From assembly GCA_973895155.1 (NCBI GenBank), contig OZ316895.1, positions 19,140,022 to 19,204,021 on the forward strand: 64,000 nucleotides of DNA, read 5' to 3'. The DNA comes from Marsupella aquatica (lineage: Eukaryota > Plantae > Marchantiophyta). Positions 24,821-37,300 of this stretch are shown in pieces. Positions within the stretch are counted from its first letter, which is position 1; each line of letters opens with the position of its first letter. Under the pieces are notes generated by a model. The model saw only the letters and a program-made list of their open reading frames with translations. It was not told the DNA's origin and made no database searches. A program made the translations under genes and the position numbers.

Positions 24821-24908
24821 AAGGTGGGACTAATGTCGTTTGTAGGCAAGGGGAGACTACTGTCGTTTGTAGGCAAGGGGAGACTATTGTCGTTTGTAGG
24901 AAAGGGGA
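24821..24908. repeat. 27-bp tandem repeat (about 3 copies) just upstream of TRAPPC12
   Basis: Unit tgtcgtttgtaggcaaggggagacta(c/t). Confidence 0.9.
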
Positions 24909-25096
24909 CCGGAGTAGAAATGCCAGCAGGAGGGAGTAAGCGTGCTGGATGTGGACGAGTAGAGGGGCAGCAGTGTCGAGAGATCGTCGTGCCTAGCTGC
25001 GAGTGCCACCTCTGACGAGATCCGCAGATACTCTTCTCCTGGGCTCTTCAATTCGGGATCACTGCGGTGTCATCAGCAGAGGACACGTCCCCCGTC

Positions 25097-28000
25097 ATGG
25101 CAGATCGTCCCCTTCCTCAACGCTCTCCACCCAGACCTCCAACTATGGATTCGTCTAGAAGTGTGGTAACCGATTTTCTGTCTTCGTCGTCGTCTGCGAA
25201 AGCTGTAGTCCCTGCAGCGTCTGTTTCTTCTGCAGCTTCCATGACGTCGTCCCCTGGAATGATTTCTAGATCTCCTCAACGTCCCCTTGGTGTGAGTCAG
25301 GATGATGGTGATTGGGCTGAGAGCTCGTTTGACGACCACGAATCCACTGTACCCTTCAAGAAACTAGTGATTTCGGATGCCTCATCCGATCTCGGGAGCC
25401 TTAAACGACTGATGGTATGAATTTCGCCTTGTCCTGAACTCTCACCCATACATTCCCGCAATGGCCACCTTGTTATTTGCGATTCATTTGTAATCGAAAG
25501 GTGCTATATCGTTCTTTAATAGCCTACGAGTATCACGACTGGGTGTCAAAGGGGCACGATTAAAGTGATACGTAAGTGTACATTTCCAATTTCTGTCAAC
25601 TGATATGCCACAAATTTAGCAAGTGCTTTCCTGGAAGCTGTTGGTTGTCGTCCATTACATTGATCGTTGTCTGTGAGCTTGGAGTTGTTTACCCCCACGT
25701 CAGAGCAACTTGGATCCCTCAAAGTTTATTCTTCCCCTCGTATTCTGTACAATTCAGGGACCAAGGGACTTGCTCTACTCTGTGGAGTAGAAAATTCTTG
25801 CACAGGGTGTAAGGATGGCAGGAACCGCTCTTGGAAATGTGTGTTCAATGTGTGTAATGATTTCAATGTGGCCCCTGCAGTGCAATGTGATGCAGGCTGG
25901 TAACCTTATTGCAATCCCTGCTCGTTTTGCTTCTGACAGAGACAAGGCTCTTGGCGAGCCATCGTGGATATGGTGAAAGAAGCGAGAATACGTTCGTCAT
26001 CGCAAGCTCCAGATGAGCGAATCGTTTTCTCTACATATCAAGTGCTCGCCTTGATGAAGCTACGAAACTATGCTGCTGCCCAAGATGAATTCTCGGCCCT
26101 GGGTGACCTGAATTCCCCAATGTTTCGCTTTGAGCAGTACCCTAATTTTTACCCGAGCAAGTCAGGTGGGTCTCAGTGTAATCTTTTGGAGACAAGAAGA
26201 GAAGAAGACTGATTGCATAAATTACTCCAATTTCGCTGTTTGTTTGCCTAAACCTGTGTGTAACAGTTTCTCATCCCCACAACATGTCCCCAGTACTTCT
26301 GACAGTCTTCCTACTATTGAGTGTCGAATTGTAAGTTTGTCGGGGAGGTCTCAGAGCAGGTACACCTGTGTCTAATCCAATTGTCATTCTGATGCTACCT
26401 GCTCATAGAGTCTCTAAGAATGGCACTTAGTCTCTAGAACTTATCTGATAAGGATGGGTCTCTTGGATTCCGCCCGGCTCCCAATCTCTTTGGGAAGAAC
26501 TCCTCTCCCAGATAAGGATCACAGCACCAAAGGCAGAAAGGCTTTCTCAGGTATCACAAGGGTCGTCTCCTTAGCAATTTGCAGTCTTCCAGGTTAGGGT
26601 AAACGGGTTCACTACCGCTTGGGACTCCTGCCCTCCCATTTGAAGTTGGAGTTTGATGATGGGGTATCGCGATCTAAACGCACTTTATATACAAACGCCA
26701 CAACAAAAGCTTGGTTCTCACATAATTAGTCGGAGACTTGACGAGATAATCTCATATTGCAGGATCTATGTTGCCATTTGGCCTGAGGTGGCTACATGCT
26801 GAGCTTCCGCATCGACTTGGGCAAACTTCCACAACCATAGATCGTCTTTATGATCTTCTGGCTCATTGCAATGAACGGGTATGTTTTTCTGCTTTACAAG
26901 CTTATTTTTCTCTTATTCATTTCATGAATATCTTTCCCGAGCTTTTGAACCACATCTATGTGGCTGAAGTTGCGCACGTTTGTCATGGGCCGTGTAGGTT
27001 GACTTTCTATATGCTTCTACAAAGCATCTTTCCTCGGACAGGGACGAAGTTGTTAATGCCTGTCTCGAAACGCCTTTTCCTAGAAGAAACCAAGGTCATA
27101 CTTCGACCCAACTTACTGAAAATGTTGAAAACCCTAGTACATTCACAGGTAATTACGAAGAGAATTCTCCGAGTGGGAAACCTACCAGGTCCGAAGAAGC
27201 ATTGTCTAACATAGAGGATGTTGGTAGCAATTATGTCCCCTCCGAAGTTTTAGAGGATGACGACTTTGGTGAATTTGTGACTAGTGCGCTCGACAAAGAG
27301 TCCAATGGGAATATAGTCTATGCAACACTTATTCATCGATGGATACGGCGGCAAGAGGTAGTTTTGTGCTCAGTCTTGGGCCATCATCTGGATCAGAAGG
27401 ACTTCATTGTTTGTTTGACTCGGCTAGAGGAGCTGGTGAGGAAAAGGCCCCAAGATGTAGTTGTGCTCTCAAAATATGGGTATGTACAACTGCAACTGGG
27501 TGACTTGTATGGAGCCAGGCGCACTTTTGCCACAATTGAGGCTATATGTGAGCAACAAGGGAGGTCATCAAGTCCGGTCCTGGCTAGCCTTTTATCTCGT
27601 AATCGAGGACTTCTTTACTTCTCTTTGAAGCAATATGCCAAGGCTGTCAAGGAATTTGATGCGGTGCTGGAAATTGATCCCGGCGATATTGTGTCAGCCA
27701 ACAATAAGGTAAACTGCGACCTTATCGGTTTATGGTTGGCCACTGGGATGAATTACCGTCTGTCAGGTTTGGCCACACGTATTTGGATGATTTCACGCGT
27801 TTATTCAGTTATTTTTATTTTGCGTAAGGTTTGAGCTTTTGTGCTGGGAAAATGGGCATCATCTTCGTGAAGATGTGATGTTCATCACATTATCGAATCT
27901 CGTTCACCTAAACATGCAACCTTCATCGGCAATATTTAAATGAGACTAATTACTTTTGACTAGCATTATTGCGAGATGATCATGCCTTACACTAAATTTG

Positions 28001-28279
28001 ACATTCTAGTCCATGCCACTACTTGGATATTGAGCTCCTTTATTTTCACTGCAGGCTCTTTGTTTAATGTACTCCAGAGATCTTGTTGGTGCAACTCAAG
28101 TTTTGGAGACAGTGTTACAATCAAACCCAATCACTGCTTTGAATGAAACTTTGGTACTGAATCTTTGCAGTATGTATGAGTTGGCTTCCATGAGTAGCTC
28201 TGAATCCAAGAAAACGTTGAGTTCTTGGATACTTCGCATTGCTCCTGATGATTTTGATTTGACTTGCACTCGCCTTTGA
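25097..28279 (+). CDS. TRAPPC12: Trafficking protein particle complex subunit 12; join(25097..25414,25940..26165,26763..26878,26998..27708,28055..28279), ~531 aa
   Basis: GT-AG introns keep the frame. Conserved motifs: GSWRAIVD, LALMKLRNY, FEQYPNFYPSKSGSMLPFGLRWLHAELP, TPR repeats, ANNKALCLMY, LNETLVLNLCSMYEL, C-terminal PDDFDLTCTRL. Confidence 0.9.
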
Positions 28280-30179
28280 TCTCTTCATCATAGGTCCTTT
28301 CAAATCTATCGGTTCCGATGCACACATAGGTACCTGCCACTTGAAATTTTTGGTTGAATTGGGGGCACTGTCAGCCAACAGGTTGCCTGTTTAAATGTAC
28401 TCTATGGCGAAGTTGGGCTGTAATTTGAAGGAGTTGTCTTCGCGTTGTAGAATTGCAACTTCGTGCCAACGTTTTTGATGATCTTGATTCCTCTTTGTAA
28501 TTTTGCAAGGACAATCTGCGACAGATTAATCACCAAAAACTTATGAGGGTAGTAGCAATCTTCAGAGAAAACTTTGTGTGTATAGAAGCGTCAGTTTTCG
28601 ATTTTTCATAGTTGGAAGGGGACTTGCTCCCAAAATCACAACTCTGTTATTCCCCTATCCAATTTGTCAAGGGCAACTTTAAGTCAAGAGTGGTAAGGTA
28701 CGCCTTGTCTTGCAGACTTGTGATGATATGTGCAACTGGAATTCTCTTCTAGAAGTTGTGATGACATTCATGTGCTCCAAGAAAGTACCATGGTAGACAG
28801 AGACGTGCTTGATGGGGGTGTAATGCAAACTTGATGGAGGATTTATCCTTTGATTTCATATAATAGGGTGCTAACTACAGCAACTACCAAGTGTTTGGAC
28901 CCCCATCAAAATTCTCTGTGATATACAAGATAAAGCACTTCTGAATTTAAGGGATACCTCTTTTGACCTTCAGAAAATGATTCTTGCAACGTTGGATAGG
29001 ACATGTTGAGATCTCGAGTTGCTGTAGTTGAACTTCTCCTTTTGAATAAATACCTTGGGGTGCTAGACATGGCTCTAATTGAGGACCGAGGGGAGGTTCA
29101 ATAAGGTAGATTCTTGGGGGTGAATATGTAGCTAAATTGCTATCACAAGTACTTGGTCACATGATATTGGAGAGATACAAGCTATTGTGCGAACTCAGTA
29201 TTTACATTATTTCAAGATAGATTTCACAGAATTCCAAGGAAAAAAAATTAAAAAATTCCAAGGAAGATAGATATCACAGAATACATCCTATGCAGTGTTT
29301 TAGCTGGTCTATTGGAAACCTTAATCCAATTGTTTTATGCTGATGTGGGCTGATGGATTGGGTGCTCTATTCATGAGTGAGCAAAGATTGTTGCAATCCA
29401 CTCTTTGGTCACGAAGTACCCCAAGACAAATCTGAAGCAACACGTCTTAGACAGGGTATGAGTAAACCTTATTCTCATAAACATATACTTTTGTTGGCTG
29501 TTCTATTGTTCTGGAACATCATGTTATAGATGCATGTGGAAATTCTCTAGTAAATTAGAATAGTGGGAAGACTACCTCGTAGCCAGGGCAAGGGGTTATG
29601 ATCTCACGTGCCAAAGTGTGGACCAGCTGCTAAAGTTAAAGCGTGGTTCAAATCACAATTTGTTTGCATTACACAATCGCTAGTTTAACTGGTTGGATGT
29701 TGAGTTACTTAATTAGTGAGGTGAGTTTGTTTTATTGACACGGATCGTATTTTACAAAAACTCTACTGTATAAGATACTTACTCTTTTAGGACTCCCCAG
29801 TAGGCGCAATGCGGGGGGAGGACTGGTGCAAAACTTGTGACTATACTACTCGGGTAGGAAGGCGTGGACAGTGAAGGAACAATGTAGATTGGAGGAGTTG
29901 TGTAACAGAGATTCAGCTTCGAGTTAAGTAGTAGGGATGGCATGGTGCCAATATGTCGACGCAATCTGAACATGTGATTGCCCAAGTGTACTATTTTATT
30001 CACTTTTGCCAATGTGACGTTACCGTGCATTTTGTCCAGGAATTTGTTCGGAGTCTTCCCCACCTATAACAGTGGTGTAATCTGTGTCAATTGTGGAGGC
30101 AGCAGCGCCATCGTGTTGTATCGCTGGTGCGTCGGGCTGAGAAATTGGTGGTGGCGCCAAGTTACGAATTGAAGTGACA

Positions 30180-30450
30180 ATTATCGTCCGGGAGTAAAGC
30201 TTTCCACGACATTCTTTCGGTGCTCAGATCTCACGACTAGAGCCAACGACATTCCCTTTGGAGAATCATACTGGGCGGGCTTATCACTGGTTCTAGGGCC
30301 CTGACCCGTGTTAGCCAGGGTTTTTGCAAACTATGCCCTGGGGAGATTGAGAGTATCCCAACACCTTGTTCCCAGTGCAGACACGCTCAACTTTGTTCGC
30401 ATTTAATGCCATGACTGCTTTCAGGGATCACTCACTTCTCGTAGAAGGGA
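30180..30450 (+). pseudogene. Possible remnant of an L1-type LINE ORF2 C-terminal zinc finger
   Basis: LWRIILGGLITGSR...GFCKLCPGEIES...QCRHA resembles the zf-RVT region; stops and a frameshift present. Confidence 0.45.
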
Positions 30451-32099
30451 CTTGGCTCCCTTTGGCTTGGGAGAAAGGACCAGGTCTTCAAAGGATCAGA
30501 ATAGGCATACCTTTGACCTGACTTTGGTGCTTTCGGAAGCAGCGGACAATATCTATGTTGTTGGCTTACGCTACCCACAAAGCAGGAAGCACACTCGGCT
30601 CCTAATAGCCAAAGCTGAAATGTAGACAGGAAGGAAAAGAAGGTTGGCCCCAGGGGAGCACGGATTGACTCCTTTGGTGTGAATTCTAATGGTCTGCTTT
30701 TTCATTTTCTACTTTCAAATGTCATCAATCACAATGCAGTTCTGGGCATTGGTATTATACATTGTTCTATGGAAATGTAACTCATGATGGTTTGGTTAGC
30801 ATGCACCCGGCCTGCACTTGCCAATGTTCTTCGAGTGTGCTGGTTGATTTTGTTTACTTCACATGGTGGCTATGTGTGTCCTGCATGGGCCAAGTTTTCT
30901 GCTCTTGTGCTTCTTTGGTTTAGCCGTTTCGCCCTTAGAACTTCTCCAACCATTTGGAGATTACTGGCTGCTATCCCCATTGCATGGGGGATCATATGGC
31001 GCCTGCCAAAATGGAGAGAGTCCATTAGGGCGTGTCAAAGGACAGCTGTACCTGAGTTATGGCTAAGGACACACACTTATGGCCAGGACAGAATGTTATG
31101 GGTTACCAAAATATGTACCCCGTAAGGCTGGTATGTCCAAAAAAATTAAGCTGTAACCAAAGTGTTGCCGGAGAACTTTGATATGCCCTATTTTTCCACA
31201 TGATCTCCACTGGGGACCCCCCATTCTGACGTCCATCCGATCAAGCACACGTACAAACTGGGGCCCACCTGGTCTTCGCCACCTTTGAATTCTCAAACAC
31301 AAAGTTTTGCTTGTGTTTCCTGTCCCTCCCCTCTATTTCTTGGAGACCTCGACTCCCACCTGGACACAGCAAAACATGTCGCAGTCTTGCATATCATTTT
31401 TGTGTGTGTTGTGTGTTGGACGCTTGCCTTCATGCATTCGCTTTCATGTGACCGCCATGTTTCTGGTTTCGACTGGGAGAAATTGTGAAAGGTTGTGACA
31501 AACCAGGACTATATTTCATATGTTGAGAATGCAGCTCGAAAGGTAGCTGGCGGATCTTGAGGAAGAATTGGATTAAGAGGAGGCTGATATGATTGGGATG
31601 AGGAACAAAGATTTTGGGAGTTGATGATGTTCATTGGACCCCTTTCCATTGCAAATTTGGGCCAGCACACAAGGAAAGGAAAGCACGGAGGGTCTAGGCC
31701 AGGCAGGAGTGAGAATGTGGAGAGACTTAGAGAAAAAGGGGCAAAAGACTTGTCGAATGATTACTATTCTGTTACACCAACGTACAAACCCTGGAAGGAA
31801 AATCCAGGTTGACATGCCTAAAATTCATTCTTGGAAGCATGACCGCCCCTGCTATGCCTAAGTATATTTGTTGTCTTGCGAGTGCATGGTTATTTATCAT
31901 CACCCACCACCATGCCCTATGCATGCCAGCTAGGATATTATGGTAGTTTAGGCTCATCATTTAGAGGCCATATATGCAAGCTATAGTAGATGTGCTTGGT
32001 GTTCTCTAAGCAAGCATTCTCCTCTTAGTAGCACTTTGGGCAATGTTCTTGTAGAAACCCTGGTTGTTCTTGAAGCAAATAGTCTTTGTAAGGAGCACT

Positions 32100-32325
32100 C
32101 CAAAGCTAGAATACATAGATTCCTCATTGCTCATTCATTTCAGTTCTTCCCTTTGACTGGAAACTTCAAATCCCATCATTTCTAAATCCTCTTAAACAGC
32201 CTTCCTTCCTTTCTCTCCTCTTGGTGAAACAAAATCTTGGCAGCGGACAGTTCCTATCTTGAATATCGTTCCAATCACCAGGTTCCACTCATCAAAAGAA
32301 AATAACTTTTCTACTTCTTGAAGTT
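32100..32325 (-). repeat. Fragment related to the Gypsy long LTR (third copy of the coding-like block)
   Basis: The reverse complement encodes SFDEWNLVIGTIFKIGTVRC...MMGFEV, homologous to 20080-20165 and 59780-59870. Confidence 0.7.
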
Positions 32326-33240
32326 CCTCTTGAGATGAAAATAGCTATTGCACAATTGTATCAAAAGGTAGTGATTAGATTCTATGGTAGTAGCTATGAG
32401 GAGGTTCCTAGCACACTTGGTGTGATCCAAGGCTGCCCTCTATCTCCAACGCTCTTTGGGGTCTTCATCAACCAGCTACATGATTTGCTAGTGGAGATGG
32501 GAGGCGTAGGCTCTCAGTTGGGAACACTGGCCATCCAACTTCTTATATTTGCATATGATGTGGTGCTTCTAGCTCACTCCCAATCTGATTTGCAACAACA
32601 TCTTCTAGCCCTAGAGCATTTTTGCAAACAATCAGACATGCAAGTCAACATGACGAAGACCAAGTGCCTTGCACTTGGTACAAAGCAAGACCTTTCTCTC
32701 TATTTTGCAGGTGAAAAGGTGGAGATGGTGACCTCTTACAAGTATCTTGGGGTGGAGTTTTCTCGAAGCATGAGTTGGGCTACATGTGTGATGCATAGGG
32801 TGGCTCATGGTTACAAGGCCTTCTACAGCATGGTTCAGAAGTGCAAGGGAGCAAGCCTTTCCACTTGGAAGTTGAAGAAACAACTCTTCAATTCCTTAGT
32901 AAGGCATGTTAGTCTTTATGGGGTGCAAGTATGGGGCCCTTCTACTTCTCAATCTTGTTGGAAAAAGGTAGAGGCCATCCAAAAGCTTTTCTTGGAGATG
33001 GAGCTTGGAGTGAAAACCCAAACCCCATACCCAAGTTATTGGCTGAGGCAGGTCTTCTACCATTGGAGGTCGAAGCTCTCTATCACACTCTTCAATATCC
33101 TAGGAGAGTGGAGGCGTTGAATGATTCTAGGCTACCTACGCAAGCCTTTCACATATCTAGAGCTTTTGGTTGGTATGCTGATGTATGTAGTTGGGCCCAA
33201 TCATGGGACTTATCTGAGCATGAATGGCATACTCAACCAT
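32320..33240 (+). mobile_element. Older RTE-X-like LINE RT fragment
   Basis: GVIQGCPLSPTLF, FAYD (decayed FADD), YKYLG; frameshift near 33030. Confidence 0.9.
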
Positions 33241-33547
33241 GTTTCGCAATTCTGAGCTTGGGGCAAAATTTCACTTCGAGTTGGAAGGGAAATTGGCTGC
33301 GGTTTAAGCTCAGACTTTGCCAGAGCATTGGAAACAGCGAGAATGTATCACTGGCAAAGTTAGAGCTGCAACCGACATCGTTTGGTATGCACTTTAGCAT
33401 GCACGATCTGCTACGTGTCCAGTTTCGGGATTCTGAGCTTGGGGCGAAATTTCACTTCGAGTTGGAAGGGCAATCGGCTGCGGTTTGAGCTCAGATTTTG
33501 GCAGAGTGTTGCAAACAGCGAGAGTGTATCACTGGCAAAGCTTTGTG

Positions 33548-34318
33548 ATGGCAACGGAGGAGATTGCCCATCTCAAGGCTTTGCTTGAGAAAATCTTAGT
33601 TGTGGCTGAAAACTCCGCAATTGAGATTACCACACTCAACAAGGAGGTGACGGAGCTAAAGAATGAGAATGTCAAGCAAAAGAGGTTGATTAGTGATCTT
33701 CGATCTCAAACTCAGGAGAATGGTAAGCAACTCTCATTGCTTGCATCGTGTTTTGGAGACATGGAGAAGAGTATGTGCCCAGAGAAATCAGTGATACATG
33801 AAGCTGTAGGGGAGATTGAGGAGAAGCTCAAAACCTTTGCACAGGCTGCAAAACAATCACATATGGAATTTGTCCAAGCCAAGGAGGAGGAGAGGAGAGC
33901 ACTAGAGGAAGAACATAAGAACCAGCATGCAAGAGTCAGCAACTGCAAAATATCAGGCCTTGTTGAGGAGGAGAAGGAAGACACCAAGAAGGTAGCAATT
34001 TCATTCTTCCAATCTCAGATGAAAGTGCATGACCCTATCATTTTGCAAGCATATAGGATTGGGCAAAAGAAGGGGGACCTTCCACGTCCAATCTTGGTGA
34101 AGTTTGCAGTTGAATCCGAGAAAGCTAGAGTGATGGCTAATAGGAGCATGCTTAAAGGGCTAAGGATTTGGTTGGATGATGATCTGACTCCCACACAAGT
34201 CCAAGCAAGGAAAATTGAGCTTGACAAGGTGAGGGTAGCCAAAGACCAAGGATTGGTAGCCTACTTGCGCAATGGACAAGTTGTTGTTACCAATAAGAAG
34301 AGAGTTGTTTCTAAATGA
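33548..34318 (+). CDS. LINE ORF1 (coiled coil plus RRM-like domain)
   Basis: N-terminal coiled coil; AYRIG...PRPILVKF...IWLDDDLT motif typical of CR1/L2/RTE-X ORF1. Confidence 0.85.
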   Translation: MATEEIAHLKALLEKILVVAENSAIEITTLNKEVTELKNENVKQKRLISDLRSQTQENGKQLSLLASCFGDMEKSMCPEKSVIHEAVGEIEEKLKTFAQAAKQSHMEFVQAKEEERRALEEEHKNQHARVSNCKISGLVEEEKEDTKKVAISFFQSQMKVHDPIILQAYRIGQKKGDLPRPILVKFAVESEKARVMANRSMLKGLRIWLDDDLTPTQVQARKIELDKVRVAKDQGLVAYLRNGQVVVTNKKRVVSK

Positions 34319-34330
34319 TGGGTCGGGACC

Positions 34331-37300
34331 TTGAGAGTCATGGCATGGAATGTTTCAGGACTTTCCATAGAAACAGCAATTGGAGGGGAACCTTTGTTTG
34401 AGAATTTTGACATCTTGCTTTTCACGGAGACTTGGGAATATGAGGGAAATGCTCTACCTAGCATTAAAGGCTTTACTTGCATACAATCCATCTTCAATGA
34501 GAAGAAGACCACACGGGGAAGAGGGTTTGGAGGCATTGCTGTCTACACCAAGAATCAACTTCAACACATCACCTCTATTGAGCATGAAGATCCCAGCAAG
34601 CAGTTCATGGTGGTGAGACTTCATACCAGAGGTACTCCATCATTTCTGATTGTCACCTACTTTGCTCCCCTTAATATGAATGTCTATAAGATGGGAATTG
34701 CTGATGCACATTATCCATTTCATAGGTTAATCCAAGTCATTCATGATATATCACCACTAGGGGAGACATGGATAGTGGGGGACTTTAATGTCAGGGTATC
34801 TAATGAACAATTTACTGAAAGTGAGGACTTAGGAACTTTACCTTGGTCATCATGTAGTGAAGAGATACCTTGGGTGAGAGAGGCTCTTGACACCAGAACA
34901 AATGACATGACACATCACTTTTTGCATTTGGGAGCTTCTTGTAATCTAAGAATATTGAATGGGCTTGAGAGATTTCCCCAATCATCTGGTTACACTTTTA
35001 GATCTAAACAAGGATGTAGTACCATTGATTACCTTCTTGCCTCACCTACCTCTGCCACTAGAGTGGTTGACTTTCAAATACTTGATCAACAACCAGAGTC
35101 TTCACACTTGCCTTTGTTGTTCCATTTTGACCTGACCACAATCCCAAACAAAGTGCATAGAAAGCCAGTACCCAAACCTCTGTTTCTAGACCCTGATAGA
35201 GAAGTCATCTTCAAAGCCAACTTTGAACATCTTCTCCATACCCTGGATGATCAGATTGAGCTCTCAGAAGTCATAGCACAAGCAGCAGCCTCTACTTTCT
35301 CCACCAAACCCCCTAGAAAGCAAAACATGAAGGCTTGGTTTGACGAGGATTGTGCTAGAGCAAGGATGCAAGCAAGATCACATTCAGGGGAAAAGAGACT
35401 TTTGGCATTCACTATGTACAAGAACTTCATCAAACACAAGAAGAGGTGTTTCTTGAAGAGTCATCAACAATCACTATGTGAGGAGTTCATCAAACATCCA
35501 AAACGTTTTTGGGAGAGAATGCAATCAGGCAAGACTACTCCCCCCTTGGATCACCAGGACCTGGTAACCTATGTCACATCCTTGTATTTCTTTCCAGATG
35601 CTAGTGGCATGCCTTTGCCCCTTGGGGACACCATTCAGTTTACAGAGAGGGAGGTGAAGGTGCATCTTTCCCACATGCAACATGGGAAAGCTAAAGATCT
35701 GTTGGGCCTGAACTTGGAGCTTCTTTTGTGGGGAGGACCCTCTTTACTAACAAACTTGGTGCATGAACTGAATCAAGCAATGGCTTTAGGTTTACCTAAA
35801 GCTTGGATGACCAGAAGAGTGGTGCCTATCTTCAAGGCAGGCAACAAGGACGATGTGCACAACTACAGAACCATCATGGTAGGCAATACTTTTGCTAAAG
35901 TTTTGGGAGGACTACTTGAAGCCAGATTAAGCTCTTGGTTGGAGAGTGAGATGAAAAGGGCACCTTCACAAGCAGGTTTTAGGAGAGAATTCAGCACTAT
36001 GGATCACATTCTCTGCTTGAGGGTGTTGTGTGAAAAGGCCAAATCTCCACATAAACCATTATTTTGCTTGTTTGTGGACTTCTCCAAGGCCTTTGACAAA
36101 GTTTCCCGATCCAAGCTTTGGGATAGGATGGTGGAGTTGGAAGTGCCTGAAGAGCTCAGGTTGGCTGTTTCTAAATTGTACCAAGAAGTGCGCATCAAAC
36201 TTTCAAAGGAAACCTCTGAAGAAATCTGGAGCACTCTTGGGGTGATCCAAGGTTGTCCTCTCTCACCAACTCTCTTTGGCATCTTCATTGATCAGCTACA
36301 CAACATTTTGGAGGAGCATGGTGGAGTTGGCACTCAATTGGGTAGGTTTGTCCTCCAACTTCTTATATTTGCAGATGATGTGGTCCTACTTGCTCATGCT
36401 CAAGAAGCTTTGCAAAGACATCTCAATGCCTTGGAGGAGTTTTGTCAAGCAACAGGGATGGTAGTCAACCTCAAGAAGACCAAGTGTTTGGGCATTGGCA
36501 CACGACAAAATCCAGAGCTCTACTTCCAAGGGAATCTGGTGGAATTTGTGAGGACCTACAAATACCTTGGGGTGGAGTTCTCTCAAAACTTGAGTTGGGC
36601 CTCATGTGTAAAATCTAGGGCTGCCAATGGGTACAGAGCTTTTTATGCATTCATGAACAAATGCAAAAGAGCTGGTCTACACACTTGGAGGTTAAGGAAA
36701 CATCTCTTTGGAGCTTTGGTGAAACCAGTCATTCTTTATGGAGCACCAATTTGGGGAGCAGGTGTGTCTAAATCTGGGTGGCAACAGATTGAGGGGCTGC
36801 AAAAGCTATTTCTTGAGATGGAGCTTGGGATCAAGTCACAAACCCCATATGCACTTACACTTGCAGAGGCAGGCTTGTTTCCTTTGGAGGTGGAGGCACT
36901 CTTCCACACACTCAAATACATCATGCGTGTAAGAGAGTTGGAGGAAAACAGATTTCCTTTTCATGCCTTGCGCTCATCTTCAGCTAAAGGGTGGTATGCA
37001 GATGTGTGCAGGTGGGCCCATGCTTGGGATTTTCCTGAACATGAATGGCCAACACACCCAACCAAGCTAAGAGCAAAACTTGAGCAAAAGGCTTTGCACA
37101 AACTTTGGCATGAACCTAGCCCACGGCAGCAATACTACATGAGAGATGTGAACCCCATGAAGAAATATCGAGAACAAGAATACTTATCTAGCACTATCTC
37201 GGTACAACTTAGACAACTTATTGCTCAGTATAGACTAAGCTCACACCACCTTGAAGTAGAACAAGGGAGATGGAAGGATATTGACAGGAAAAAGAGGGTT

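Noticed and set aside
24821-24908. CRISPR-like array
   Set aside because: Contiguous tandem units without unique spacers, in a eukaryotic context.
30784-31960. Short ORFs as host genes
   Set aside because: No recognisable motifs or consistent exon structure; probably decayed repeat DNA.
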